A model generated the notes under the pieces. It searched no databases and was not told the origin of the DNA. It saw only the letters and a program-made list of their open reading frames with translations. A stretch of 63,887 nt of DNA, the filler included, from Reclinomonas americana ATCC 50394 (taxonomy: Eukaryota): assembly GCA_048213135.1 (NCBI GenBank). It is 23 parts of 23 records of this genome, joined end to end, with 100 filler letters (N's around TTAATTAATTAA, not from the genome) between each part and the next. Parts side by side here need not be neighbours in the genome. Positions count along the whole stretch, not along the records: positions 43,247 to 49,424 come from AFZH01023105.1; positions 49,525 to 51,206 come from AFZH01023106.1; positions 51,307 to 52,731 come from AFZH01023107.1; positions 52,832 to 55,010 come from AFZH01023108.1; 19 more parts are not named here. The stretch is one strand, 5' to 3'. Below are positions 43,247 to 53,054 of the stretch, one piece after another; positions within the stretch are counted from its first letter, which is position 1, and every line of letters begins with the position of its first letter. The position numbers and the translations under genes were made by a program.

Positions 43247-44600
43247 CCGGGTAGTCGTCCGGGGCGTCGGACCGACGTGGTCGACTCGTACAGTTCGTTC
43301 GGGCAGCGCGACCGAAACGGAGCCCGTACTCGCCGAGAGCGTGACCGCCTCCAGCGATGCCACGACCTACACCGTGGTCCTGAAGCCTGATCTGACGTTC
43401 TCCGACGGTTCGCCGTTGACGAGTGAAGACGTGGTGGCTTCGCTCACCAGATTGCGGGACATCCCCGGACCGAACCAGAGCTACGCGGAGATGATCGTCG
43501 ATCTGGCAGCGCCCGACACGACGACGGTGACCATCGGGCTGAGCATGCCGTTCGCGGGTTTCGATCAGATGCTTGCCGTCCCGGCCATGGGCATCGTTCC
43601 CGCCGCCGCTGCGACGAACGAGGACTACTTCCAAGGCGAGCCCGTATTCTCCGGTCCTTACGTCCCCGAAGGCAACGTCAAGGGGAGCTCGTTCTCACTC
43701 GTGCGGAATGAGACGTTCGCAGGGGCCCTCCCCTCCATCGACAAGCTCGATTTCACTGTGGTGGCCGACACTCCCACCAGCGTCAAGCGCCTTCAGAGCG
43801 GCGATGTGGACTTCATTCCCGCGCTGCCGCACGAAGTGTCGGCACAGCTCTCGGGAGACGTGACGGCTCAGCAGGTCGACGGTCTCGCGAGTCTGTTCAT
43901 CGTGCCGAACAATCGGCCGGGTGGACTGTTCGAAGACGTGCGCATCCGCCAGGCGATCGCCTGGGCCATCGACCGCGAGGCCCTGGCGACGTCCGCGTTC
44001 GGGCCGGACGTCATACTTCAGAGCGGGCCGTACCCTGCCGTGGCGGACTACCCGGTACCGGTGAAAGTCTACGCGGAGCAGGACGTCGCCCAGGCGGAGA
44101 AGCTGCTTGAAGGTACCGCCTGCGAGAACGGTTGCTCGTTCACCGTCAGCTACTTCGCGAGCGCCTCAGACGAGGCGGGGCGAGTGGCCGCTGTGCTTCA
44201 GCAGCAGCTCGAGCCGCTGGGGCTGAACATGAACATTCAGCCCGTCGAGGACCAGCAGTTCATTCAGAACTCGGTGGACGGCGCGTTCGACCTCAACATC
44301 GTCACGTTCAGCAAGTTCAATGCTCCGAGTTCTGCGAAGGGCAACTTCGACCCCGCGGCCACGATGTGCATCTTCGCCGGTTGCGAGAACGAACAGATCG
44401 CGCCCGCATTCAATGATCTGTTCGGAGCTCAGACGCCAGAGGACCAAGAAGCGGCATCTGCCCAGGTGTTGCGGGTGTTCGAAGAGTGGACGCCGATCAT
44501 TCCCGTCTCCGGCGTGACGGGCAGTTACGGCGTTCGATCCAACCTCGTCGACGTGATCGGTCTGCAGCCGAACTCGGAGTTGTGGATTGCCGGCCAGTAG
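43247..44600 (+). CDS. ABC substrate-binding protein (family 5, Opp/Dpp-like), 5' partial
   Basis: FSDGSPLTSEDV, SGPY, DVRIRQAI...IDR. Confidence 0.93.
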
Positions 44601-44702
44601 GCAGCGCGCCCTCGCCCGTCGCCGGAGCCTCTCGATTCACGCGCAAGGAGATGACATGAACGGGTTCGTAGTCGCCTCCGTCTCAGCTCGGGGTGAGAGA
44701 TC

Positions 44703-45707
44703 ATGAGTGCCACGACTGAGGCCATCGCGGCCGGCTCCTCCCCTGCCCGGGGACGACGCGGATGGTCACGGTTGGTGCGGAGAGTCGGGCAGAGCATCCT
44801 GCAGCTCGTGATCGTGGTGGCGCTGATCGTGGTCGGCACGGCCGTGCTCGTCCGGCTCGTACCCGGCGACCCGGCGCAGGCCATCCTGGGTATGCAAGCG
44901 ACGCCCGAGACGCTCGAGGCGTTGCGTGCTCAGCTCGGTCTGGACCAACCGCTCTTCTCTCAGGTCCTGAATCAGCTCGCGGGGCTCCTGATCGGCGACT
45001 TCGGAACGTCGATGACTTCGGACCAGCCGGTCTTCTTCATCGTCGGTGAAGCCCTCCCCGTCACGCTTTCCTTGGTTGTCACGGGGATCCTCTTCACACT
45101 CGTCATCGCTGTTCCGCTTGGTCTCCTCCCGGCCTTCGGCGTAGGCCTTCGAGGCGTTCGCGTCCTCCGGATGTCGATGGTCGTCCTCATCGCCATCCCG
45201 TCCTTCCTGATCGGTATCTACCTGCTCATCCTGTTCAGCGTTCAGCTTCACTGGGCGCCCGCGGGTGGGTGGTCGAGAGATTGGCCGGACACGCTGCGAT
45301 ACGTCTGGCTTCCCAGCTTGGCCCTGGCGCTGTTCATGACGCCGATCTTCGTCCGATCAATCGAGCGTGAGTCGACGAGATTGATGGGCGAGGAGTTCGT
45401 GGAGGCCGCGATCAGCCGTGGCGTCTCGCGGCTCTCGCTCGTCGTCCGCCACGTCCTGCCCAACGTGCTTCTCCCGATCATCACCCTTGTGGGGTTCAGC
45501 ATGGCCGTGCTCATCGGCGGTGCGGTGGTCATCGAGGCGCTCTACGGGATTCCGGGAATCGGCTCCGTGGTCGTGACGGCCGTCGGACAACGCGACTATC
45601 CCGTGATCGTCGGGGTGACCGTGTTCACAGGCATCTTCACGGTCGTGATCAGCCTCATCACCGACATGATCTACACGATCGCCGACCCAAGGGTGCGTGT
45701 TCAGTGA
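44703..45707 (+). CDS. ABC permease (DppB-like)
   Basis: PGDPA, LGLDQP, GDFGTS, EAA loop, RDYP, DPRVR. Confidence 0.95.
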   Translation: MSATTEAIAAGSSPARGRRGWSRLVRRVGQSILQLVIVVALIVVGTAVLVRLVPGDPAQAILGMQATPETLEALRAQLGLDQPLFSQVLNQLAGLLIGDFGTSMTSDQPVFFIVGEALPVTLSLVVTGILFTLVIAVPLGLLPAFGVGLRGVRVLRMSMVVLIAIPSFLIGIYLLILFSVQLHWAPAGGWSRDWPDTLRYVWLPSLALALFMTPIFVRSIERESTRLMGEEFVEAAISRGVSRLSLVVRHVLPNVLLPIITLVGFSMAVLIGGAVVIEALYGIPGIGSVVVTAVGQRDYPVIVGVTVFTGIFTVVISLITDMIYTIADPRVRVQ

Positions 45708-46603
45708 CTACCATTCCGCGGACAACCGCTATTCCTGTCGCGGCGAAACGACGCCGTGCCGAACGTGGTCTCACGGAGATCATCGTCGGCGCGGTGGTGC
45801 TACTGCTCTTCCTGATCATGAGCTTTCTCGCGCCCGTCCTCATCGGTTACGGCCCCAACGAGCTCGGCGGGCCGCCTCTGGCGCCACCGTCCCCTGAACA
45901 CCCGTTCGGGACCGATGTGCTCGGGCGCGACGTGTTCGTCCGGACTTTCGTCGCCGTCCACGTCGACTACCTCGTGGCGCTGGTAGGGGCGTTCGTGTCA
46001 CTGGCGATAGGGACACTTCTGGGCACTCTGGCCGGCATGGCGAGGCGGCGCGCCTGGGGCACGGTCCTGATGAGGGTGACAGACGCACTCATCGCCGTCC
46101 CCTTTCCGCTGCTGATCCTTCTTATTCTGCTCACCGTCGGCAACCAGGTAAGTGTGCTGGGCACGCCGCCGGGCGTGTTTCAGATCCTCGTCGGGATCGT
46201 GGTCGTCGGCTGGTCGATCTATGCGCGTCTCGCGCGTGCCGAGGCCGCTGGCCTCCGATCACGCGAGTACATCGTCGCCGCCGAGTTGATGGGATACGGG
46301 AAAGGTCGGATCACGTTCCGTCACATCATGCCTGCTGTGATTGCCGTGACCGGGACCTATGCGGTCGCCGACGCCGTGATCATCGTCGGATTCGTCGCCA
46401 GCCTTCCGTTCCTGGGAGCTGGTGTACCGCCGCCCACTCCGGAGTGGGGATCGATGATGTACGAGGGGCGCTCCTCGATCGTCTTCGCCTGGTGGCAGGT
46501 CATCTTCCCTGCGCTCGCATTGACCATCTCGGCGGTCGCGGCGTCGGTCATCGCCGACGGACTCCTCGATCGCACTTCGCGCAAACTGAGGAGACAGGAA
46601 TGA
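45704..46603 (+). CDS. ABC permease (DppC-like)
   Basis: HPFGTDVLGRD, REYIVAA, FLGAGVPPPTPEWG. Confidence 0.95.
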   Translation: MTTIPRTTAIPVAAKRRRAERGLTEIIVGAVVLLLFLIMSFLAPVLIGYGPNELGGPPLAPPSPEHPFGTDVLGRDVFVRTFVAVHVDYLVALVGAFVSLAIGTLLGTLAGMARRRAWGTVLMRVTDALIAVPFPLLILLILLTVGNQVSVLGTPPGVFQILVGIVVVGWSIYARLARAEAAGLRSREYIVAAELMGYGKGRITFRHIMPAVIAVTGTYAVADAVIIVGFVASLPFLGAGVPPPTPEWGSMMYEGRSSIVFAWWQVIFPALALTISAVAASVIADGLLDRTSRKLRRQE

Positions 46604-47583
46604 CTCTGGACACCGCGCCGGAAGCGCAGCTCAGCCTGCGAGTCCGAGACCTCGAGTTCTCAGTGGGAGACAGCGTCAGGCTGGGGCCCATCACGCTGGA
46701 AGCTGCTCCCGGAACCACTCTCGGCGTGGTCGGGGAGACGGGTTCTGGAAAGTCCCTGCTCTGCCGCGCCCTGGTGGGGATGCTGAGCCTCTCCGGTGGA
46801 ACCATCGACGCAGGCTCGATCGAGTTCCAGGGCGAAGAATTCGCGCGAGCCGACAGCCGCCGCTGGGCTCAACTGCGGCGACGACGCGTCGGGTACATGC
46901 CGCAAGCCTCCATGGCGGGCCTCAATCCCGTGCGCAGGGTGGGCAGTCAGCTCAACGACATCCTCGTCGGCCCCCGGACACTGCAGCTCGACAAAGCACG
47001 CATGCTGATGCAACAAGTGCAGATGCGTGACCCGGACCGCGTGCTTCGCAGCTATCCCCACGAGCTTTCCGGGGGGATGCGGCAGCGTGTGATGCTGGCC
47101 TTCGCGCTCGCGGGCGACCCCGACATCCTCGTCGCTGACGAGCCGACGACGGCCCTGGACGCGACGGTCCAGAACGAGGTGCTCGGTTTGATCCAGCAAG
47201 TGCAGAAAGAACGAAACATGGCTATGGTCATCGTCTCGCATGACATGCGCGTGATCCGCCGAGTTTGCGATCGAGTTGCCGTGATGTACGGAGGACGAAT
47301 CGTCGAACTCGGCCCGACATCGACTGTCTTGTCCGCACCGTCGCACCCGTACACGAGAGCTCTACTCCAGGCAGATCCTACGCTCGCAGCGCGTAAGACA
47401 GTCCTGGGTGCGATACCGGGCGCGCCGCGACCACCTGTCGATTGGCGGGACGGTGGTTGTGTCTACCGCGAACGGTGCTCGTTCGCCACCGAGGTGTGCG
47501 CCCAGTCGGTGCCCGAACTCCGGAACGTACGCGTGGGCGACGCAGCCGCGTGCCACCATGCAGAGAAGGTCGTGGCAGCATGA
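46600..47583 (+). CDS. ABC ATP-binding protein (DppD-like)
   Basis: GETGSGKS, YPHELSGGMRQR, ADEPTTALD, HPYT, C-terminal Cys cluster. Confidence 0.95.
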   Translation: MTLDTAPEAQLSLRVRDLEFSVGDSVRLGPITLEAAPGTTLGVVGETGSGKSLLCRALVGMLSLSGGTIDAGSIEFQGEEFARADSRRWAQLRRRRVGYMPQASMAGLNPVRRVGSQLNDILVGPRTLQLDKARMLMQQVQMRDPDRVLRSYPHELSGGMRQRVMLAFALAGDPDILVADEPTTALDATVQNEVLGLIQQVQKERNMAMVIVSHDMRVIRRVCDRVAVMYGGRIVELGPTSTVLSAPSHPYTRALLQADPTLAARKTVLGAIPGAPRPPVDWRDGGCVYRERCSFATEVCAQSVPELRNVRVGDAAACHHAEKVVAA

Positions 47584-48365
47584 GTGACACTCCCGCGATC
47601 GAGCTACGTGACGTGCGCTATCGGTACACCGGAAACGGTCCTGAGGTCTTGAAAGGCATCAGCCTCGCGGTTCCGGCGGGCACGATCACAGGGCTCGTCG
47701 GGGAGAGCGGATCGGGGAAGTCGACCCTGGGTCGACTCGTCGTCGACGAGCGCCGACCGACGGACGGCGACATTCTCATCGAAGGGAGACGCTGGGATCG
47801 CAATTCGCGTAGGAACGGTATGCGTCGATCCGTGCAGATGGTGTTTCAGGATCCGTTCGCGGCACTGAACCCCTACTTGTCACCGCTCGCCGCTGTGACC
47901 GAGGCGGTTGCTGTCGCAGATCGGCAGGGGCGCGCCAGGGCGCGAGACCGGGCGATCGAACTGCTCACGCAGGTCGGTCTCAGCGGTGCCCTCGTAGAGA
48001 GGGCTCCCAGTTCCCTCAGCGGTGGTCAACGACAGCGCGTCGTGATCGCCCGCGCGTTGGCATGTCGACCTCGGGTGTTGGTAGCGGATGAAGCAACATC
48101 CGCACTCGACGTATCCGTGCAGGCACAGATTCTGAACCTGTTGATGGGGCTGCAGCGGGAGCTCGGGCTGACGATCCTGTTCATCAGTCACGACATCTCG
48201 GTGATCAATCATCTGACGGATGAAGTGGCGGTCCTCAAGGGCGGTGTGATCGTCGAAAGCGGTGCGACCGACCAGATCATGAACGCGCCGCAACATGCCT
48301 ACACGCGCACTCTGCTCTCAGCGTTCGGCCACACAACGATCCCTCCCCGCGTTCTTCCTCGTTGA
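47580..48365 (+). CDS. ABC ATP-binding protein (DppF-like)
   Basis: GESGSGKS, VFQDP, LSGGQRQR, ADEATSALD. Confidence 0.95.
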   Translation: MSDTPAIELRDVRYRYTGNGPEVLKGISLAVPAGTITGLVGESGSGKSTLGRLVVDERRPTDGDILIEGRRWDRNSRRNGMRRSVQMVFQDPFAALNPYLSPLAAVTEAVAVADRQGRARARDRAIELLTQVGLSGALVERAPSSLSGGQRQRVVIARALACRPRVLVADEATSALDVSVQAQILNLLMGLQRELGLTILFISHDISVINHLTDEVAVLKGGVIVESGATDQIMNAPQHAYTRTLLSAFGHTTIPPRVLPR

Positions 48366-48491
48366 ACCGGGTCCGACGGGCGCTGCACTCGCCATTCCGT
48401 TGCCGCCGCGGAACACCCACTGGCAACGATGTGGATGAGCGATCGTCCACCACTCAATCAATGACCAGACAGTTAGAGAAAGGCATCCGGC

Positions 48492-49963
48492 ATGATCAAC
48501 GAGATTCCCGGTGCGACAGAATCTCCGTCGTACCTCCCCGAGCAGATCTCGCAGAACTTCGCTGCCATCCGTGAAGCAGGCTACGACGTCCGGGAATACT
48601 CGATCTCGGCTCCGGCGCGCGTTTTCGCCGATAGCAACGGCGCTCTTCCCCATTCGGTGACCGCCACTTCCGAGTTCACGAGTCGTGTCGTCAGCGTCTT
48701 CCCGCTCAGTCCGGAGAGGTTCAGTGGGAACGTTCACTTCGAGCTCTTGAACCCTTCGGGCGGGATGGAGTCATCGATGTTCTGGCCTGACGCAGCCGGA
48801 TACATCCTGCAGCGTGGTGATGCGTACGTGGGACTCACCTGCAAGAACGTGATCGTGGAGGCGCTCAAGGCAAGCTCTTCTGCCAGGTACGCGCATTTGT
48901 CGGTGGGGCACGACGGGCTGCTCTGGGACATGATCGCTGCTGTCGGGCGCGCGCTCCGCACTTCCGAGGGCGGTGGCTTGCTCCCCGGGCTGAAGCCGGC
49001 GGAGCGGATCATCGCGAACGGATGGTCGCAGTCGGGTAGCTTCCTCCGTACTTACCTTTCAGAGCACCTTCACGCCCTGCACAGTCTCGAGGCTGGTCAC
49101 GACATCATCGACGGCTACGTGATCGGGGTCTCAAGCGGCGGGTTCGGGCCGATGGGCTACGTGAACATCGACCGGGATGGCGAACTGGACTTCGACGAAG
49201 ACTTGAGGCCGATCGGCGAATTCGATCAGCTTGAGCTCGACGACCCGCGGCGAGTCGTCCGGGGGGCGTCGGTGCCCGTCATGGAGTTCATGACTGAAGA
49301 TGAGGTCATGCAGCACCAATGGCACAGTCGGGGGGACAGCGACACGCCAGGTGACCTCTACAGGTGCTATCAGATCCCCGGTCGCGGTCACATCAGTGGC
49401 GTTCGCAGAGTGCATTACGAGAAGNNNNNNNNNNNNNNNNNNNNNNNNNNNNNNNNNNNNNNNNNNNNTTAATTAATTAANNNNNNNNNNNNNNNNNNNN
49501 NNNNNNNNNNNNNNNNNNNNNNNNGGAGCATGTGGCGACGATCTTCCTCCTTGCAGCAGCCCTTGACAACGTCATCCTCTGGACCAGGGGTGTGACACCG
49601 CCCCGCGCCGATCCGATCGTCGTGGACATTCCGGCGTCGTATGTCCGGGATATGGCGGGCGTGGATTACCGAGCGCTGCGATCGGCGAAGGACTCCTCAG
49701 GGCATGCTAGAGGCGGGGTCCGGTATCTCGACGTCGACGTGCCGCGCACATTGATGGCCGCCGATGTCGATGGCCCCTTGACCATGAAGTACTGGGAGCA
49801 CCGGGCCCTTTCCGCAGAGCAGATGCGAAGCCTCTATGGCTCAGTCGACGTCTATAGAGAACGCGTCGAAAGGCGGCTGGCGGAGCTCGTCGAGGAGCGT
49901 TGGTATCTACCTGAGCACGTGCCGGCCGCGTTGCACCATGCCCTCGACGGCATCGACTTCTGA
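48492..49963 (+). CDS. Alpha/beta-hydrolase-domain protein, split by linker
   Basis: FSGNVHFELLN, GWSQS nucleophile elbow, DGY, GHARGGVR, LYGS...LV.ERWYL. Confidence 0.8.
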
Positions 49964-49996
49964 GTGTCCGAGAACGAGTCCTGAGAGGAACAAGAA

Positions 49997-51431
49997 ATGG
50001 CTTCCAAGATCTTTGTAAACGGTTCGATCTACGTGACGGGGGTCGGTTCGCGGCCGGCTGCGGTCGGCGTCGTAGACGGTGTCATCGCTGCGATCGGGAC
50101 CAGAGGCGAGGTGGGCGATCGAATCGGGCGGGCCGACGAGATCGACCTTGCCGGCGGCCTGCTCAGTCCGGGTTTCATCGACGCCCACCTGCATCCGATC
50201 ATGGGAGGGGCGGAACGTGGTCAGTGCGATCTCAACCAAGCGGCGACCCGCGAGGAGGTTCTTCGAATCGTCGCTGAGTTCGCAGCGGTGTTGCCGGAGG
50301 ACGCGTGGGTGACCGGTGGGGGATGGAGGCAGGACGTTTTTCCGAATGGGCTTCCTACGCGCCAGGAGCTCGACGCGGCGACAGGCGGTCGTCCGGCCAT
50401 CCTGCGCAGCGGGGAGCGGCACAGTGCGTGGGCTAATACCGCGGCGTTCCGCGCAGCGGGCATCGGAGTGACCTCCCCTGATCCATCCGATGGGCGCATC
50501 GAGAGAGAAGCAGACGGATATCCATCCGGCACCCTGCACGAGGGAGCCATAATGCTCGTGCAGTCCGTCGCACCCGAACCCGATTTCGGTGCCATGTACC
50601 GCGGGTTGCTCGTCGCCCAGGATCACTGCTTCTCACACGGAATCACCGGGTGGCAGGACGCCATTCTGCGTGTGCACGACAACGGTATCGACGCGCTCGA
50701 CGTATACCTTCAGGCACTGGAACGCGGCGACCTGCAGGCGAAAGTCCGGGGCGCCTTGTGGTGGGACAGGAACCGCGGACTGGACCAGGTCGGCGAATTG
50801 ATCGAGCGCCGGAATCGTGCGCGCGACTGGGCGCCGCGTTTCCGCGCCGATTCAATCAAGATCATGCTGGACGGGACCTGCGCGAACTTCACCGCGCTCC
50901 TCACCCAGCCGTACCACGATGGTCACGGTCATGCCACCGAGAACCATGGGATGAGACTCGTGCCGTTCGAGCAACTCGGGTCCGCCGCCAAGGAACTGGA
51001 CGCAGCCGGCTTCCAGATGCACTTCCACGCGCTGGGCGATCAAGCGGTTCGGGATGCGCTCGATGCGATCTCGTCGCTGCCGCGCCCTTCCTTGCAGCGA
51101 CACCACCTTGCGCACCTGCAGATCGTGCAGCCGGACGACGCGGATCGTTTTCGATGCTCGGTGCGATCGCGAACCTCCAACCGCTGTGGCGCAGAGCGAT
51201 GCGTACNNNNNNNNNNNNNNNNNNNNNNNNNNNNNNNNNNNNNNNNNNNNTTAATTAATTAANNNNNNNNNNNNNNNNNNNNNNNNNNNNNNNNNNNNNN
51301 NNNNNNACGCCGACTTCGCCATCTTCGACACTGACCCGTTCACCGCACCTCCCGAGCAGATCGGGGAGGCCCGCGTGGTATCGACCTGGGTCGACGGACG
51401 AGAAGTCTACTCAGACGATGCTCGCGTCTGA
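49997..51431 (+). CDS. YtcJ-like amidohydrolase (amidohydrolase_3), split by linker
   Basis: PGFIDAHLH, HSAWANTAA, KIMLDG, HALGD, end ADFAIFD...TWVDGREVY. Confidence 0.92.
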
Positions 51432-51526
51432 GCGCCGCAGGCGAGCGCTCGATCGTGTCAGATCCGGAGCAGGCAGTTGCTTCGCGACTTCCACAACCGC
51501 AGATCCAATAGGAATGAGGAACCCGC

Positions 51527-51985
51527 ATGCGTGATCCAGGCCTGGAACTTCTCTTCGAAGCGACTGGTGATCTCTCAGCTGCTGTGACCATCGGGAGCAC
51601 CCCGAATGGACTGGAACGGGTGATTCCCATCCCCCCTGGCGGGCCTTTCGAGGGCCCGCGCATCCGGGGCAAGATGGTCGGTGGATATGATTGGCAGCTG
51701 ACGCGCCCGGATGGGGTCACTGTCATCGATGCGCTCTACCTTCTGGAAACGGACGACGGTGTGCACTTGCGGTGTCGCAACCGCGGACTTCGTCATGGCG
51801 ACCCCGCGGTGATGCAACGTCTTGCGGCAGGCGAGGAGGTCGACGCTGACGAGTACTACTTCCGATGCGTTCCCGAGTTCTCGGCCCCCGCAGGACGATA
51901 CGGATGGATGAACGACAACATATTCGTGAGCACGGGCGCTCGTTTCTCTCAGTCGATCAAGGTCCGCTTCTACCGTTTGACGTAG
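51527..51985 (+). CDS. DUF3237-family protein
   Basis: GSTPNGLERVIPI, GGYDWQ, ETDDG, EYYFR, YGWMN. Confidence 0.9.
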   Translation: MRDPGLELLFEATGDLSAAVTIGSTPNGLERVIPIPPGGPFEGPRIRGKMVGGYDWQLTRPDGVTVIDALYLLETDDGVHLRCRNRGLRHGDPAVMQRLAAGEEVDADEYYFRCVPEFSAPAGRYGWMNDNIFVSTGARFSQSIKVRFYRLT

Positions 51986-51999
51986 TGGACGACATGAAC

Positions 52000-52029
52000 G
52001 GTGATACCCGAATCAGCTCGGGTATCACC
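52000..52029. promoter_or_regulatory. 12-bp inverted repeat before the MarR gene (operator or hairpin)
   Basis: GGTGATACCCGA-N6-TCGGGTATCACC. Confidence 0.5.
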
Positions 52030-52043
52030 AAGGGGGTAAGGCA

Positions 52044-52580
52044 ATGACACAGTCAAGAGCGAGTCTTCCTGAAGACCGGTTTCTGGACTTCGTGAAGCTG
52101 GCTGGTGATCGCACCGCAGCCGAACTCGGGCATCTCGGAAGCGGACCCACCGTGCTATTGACACTGCTCACGCGTCGCGTCACGCGACAGTTGGCGGACA
52201 GCGATAGCGTGGTGTTACCCGACGGCCTCACTTGGGCAGGCTTCCGAGTCTGTTTCGCGTTGTGGGTTGCCGGGCCACTTGAGCCCCACCGCCTTGCATC
52301 TCTCACGTCCATGAGCCGGGCGGCCGTGTCCGCTGCCCGTAAGCCCCTCGAATCCCACCAGCTGGTGACGTCGGTCGGCTCGTCCACCGATCAGCGATCC
52401 ATTCTCCTGTCGCTGACACCGCAAGGCGCCGACCTCGTCCTGGAGATCCACGAACGTGCGATGCGGAACGCTACCGAAGCCCTCAATGCGCTGACGCTGC
52501 CCGAGCAACACCTGCTCGTGGGGCTTCTCGGAAAGGTTGTAGGCGACGAGGAAGATGCTTCGACCGCCTCCGACGGGTGA
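52044..52580 (+). CDS. MarR-family regulator
   Basis: GLTWAGFRV, SRAAVS, DQRSILLSLTPQG. Confidence 0.88.
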   Translation: MTQSRASLPEDRFLDFVKLAGDRTAAELGHLGSGPTVLLTLLTRRVTRQLADSDSVVLPDGLTWAGFRVCFALWVAGPLEPHRLASLTSMSRAAVSAARKPLESHQLVTSVGSSTDQRSILLSLTPQGADLVLEIHERAMRNATEALNALTLPEQHLLVGLLGKVVGDEEDASTASDG

Positions 52581-52604
52581 AGCACCGGTTCCGCTCGCCG
52601 CGGC

Positions 52605-52731
52605 ACACCCGTCGACACCGCTTCGATGTACCCCGGCGCGCTCGCGTACCCCAGCGCGCGCACCTCCGCGAGCTTTCGCCGCAGGGCCGCCGGGTCCGTG
52701 ATCGTCTCGACCGAGACGGCGGGAAGCGGTC
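52605..52731 (-). pseudogene. IclR effector-domain fragment, apparently 3' truncated
   Basis: TITDPAALRRKLAEVRALGYA...STGV, then homology is lost where AVPV is expected. Confidence 0.55.
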
Positions 52732-53054
52732 NNNNNNNNNNNNNNNNNNNNNNNNNNNNNNNNNNNNNNNNNNNNTTAATTAATTAANNNNNNNNNNNNN
52801 NNNNNNNNNNNNNNNNNNNNNNNNNNNNNNNTCTCTCTCTCTCTCTCACTCCGTTGTCACCACCTCGACAACAACCCAATCAGCGTTTTTTCCTTTCTCT
52901 CACCGTGTAGTTCCTCTATCTCTCTCTCATGTGCGCGCGTCTCTCTCCATCTCTGTGTGTGTTCCTCTCTTCGATTTCCGTCGACAAAATGTGTGTGATG
53001 CCATGAGAAGAAAAAAGAAAAAAGAACAAAAAAAGACAACCGCGTGTGTTTTTT

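Noticed and set aside
6814..52831. Large bacterial-to-eukaryote horizontal transfer
   Set aside because: All kingdom switches coincide with artificial linkers; the bacterial genes keep operons and RBSs and have no introns.
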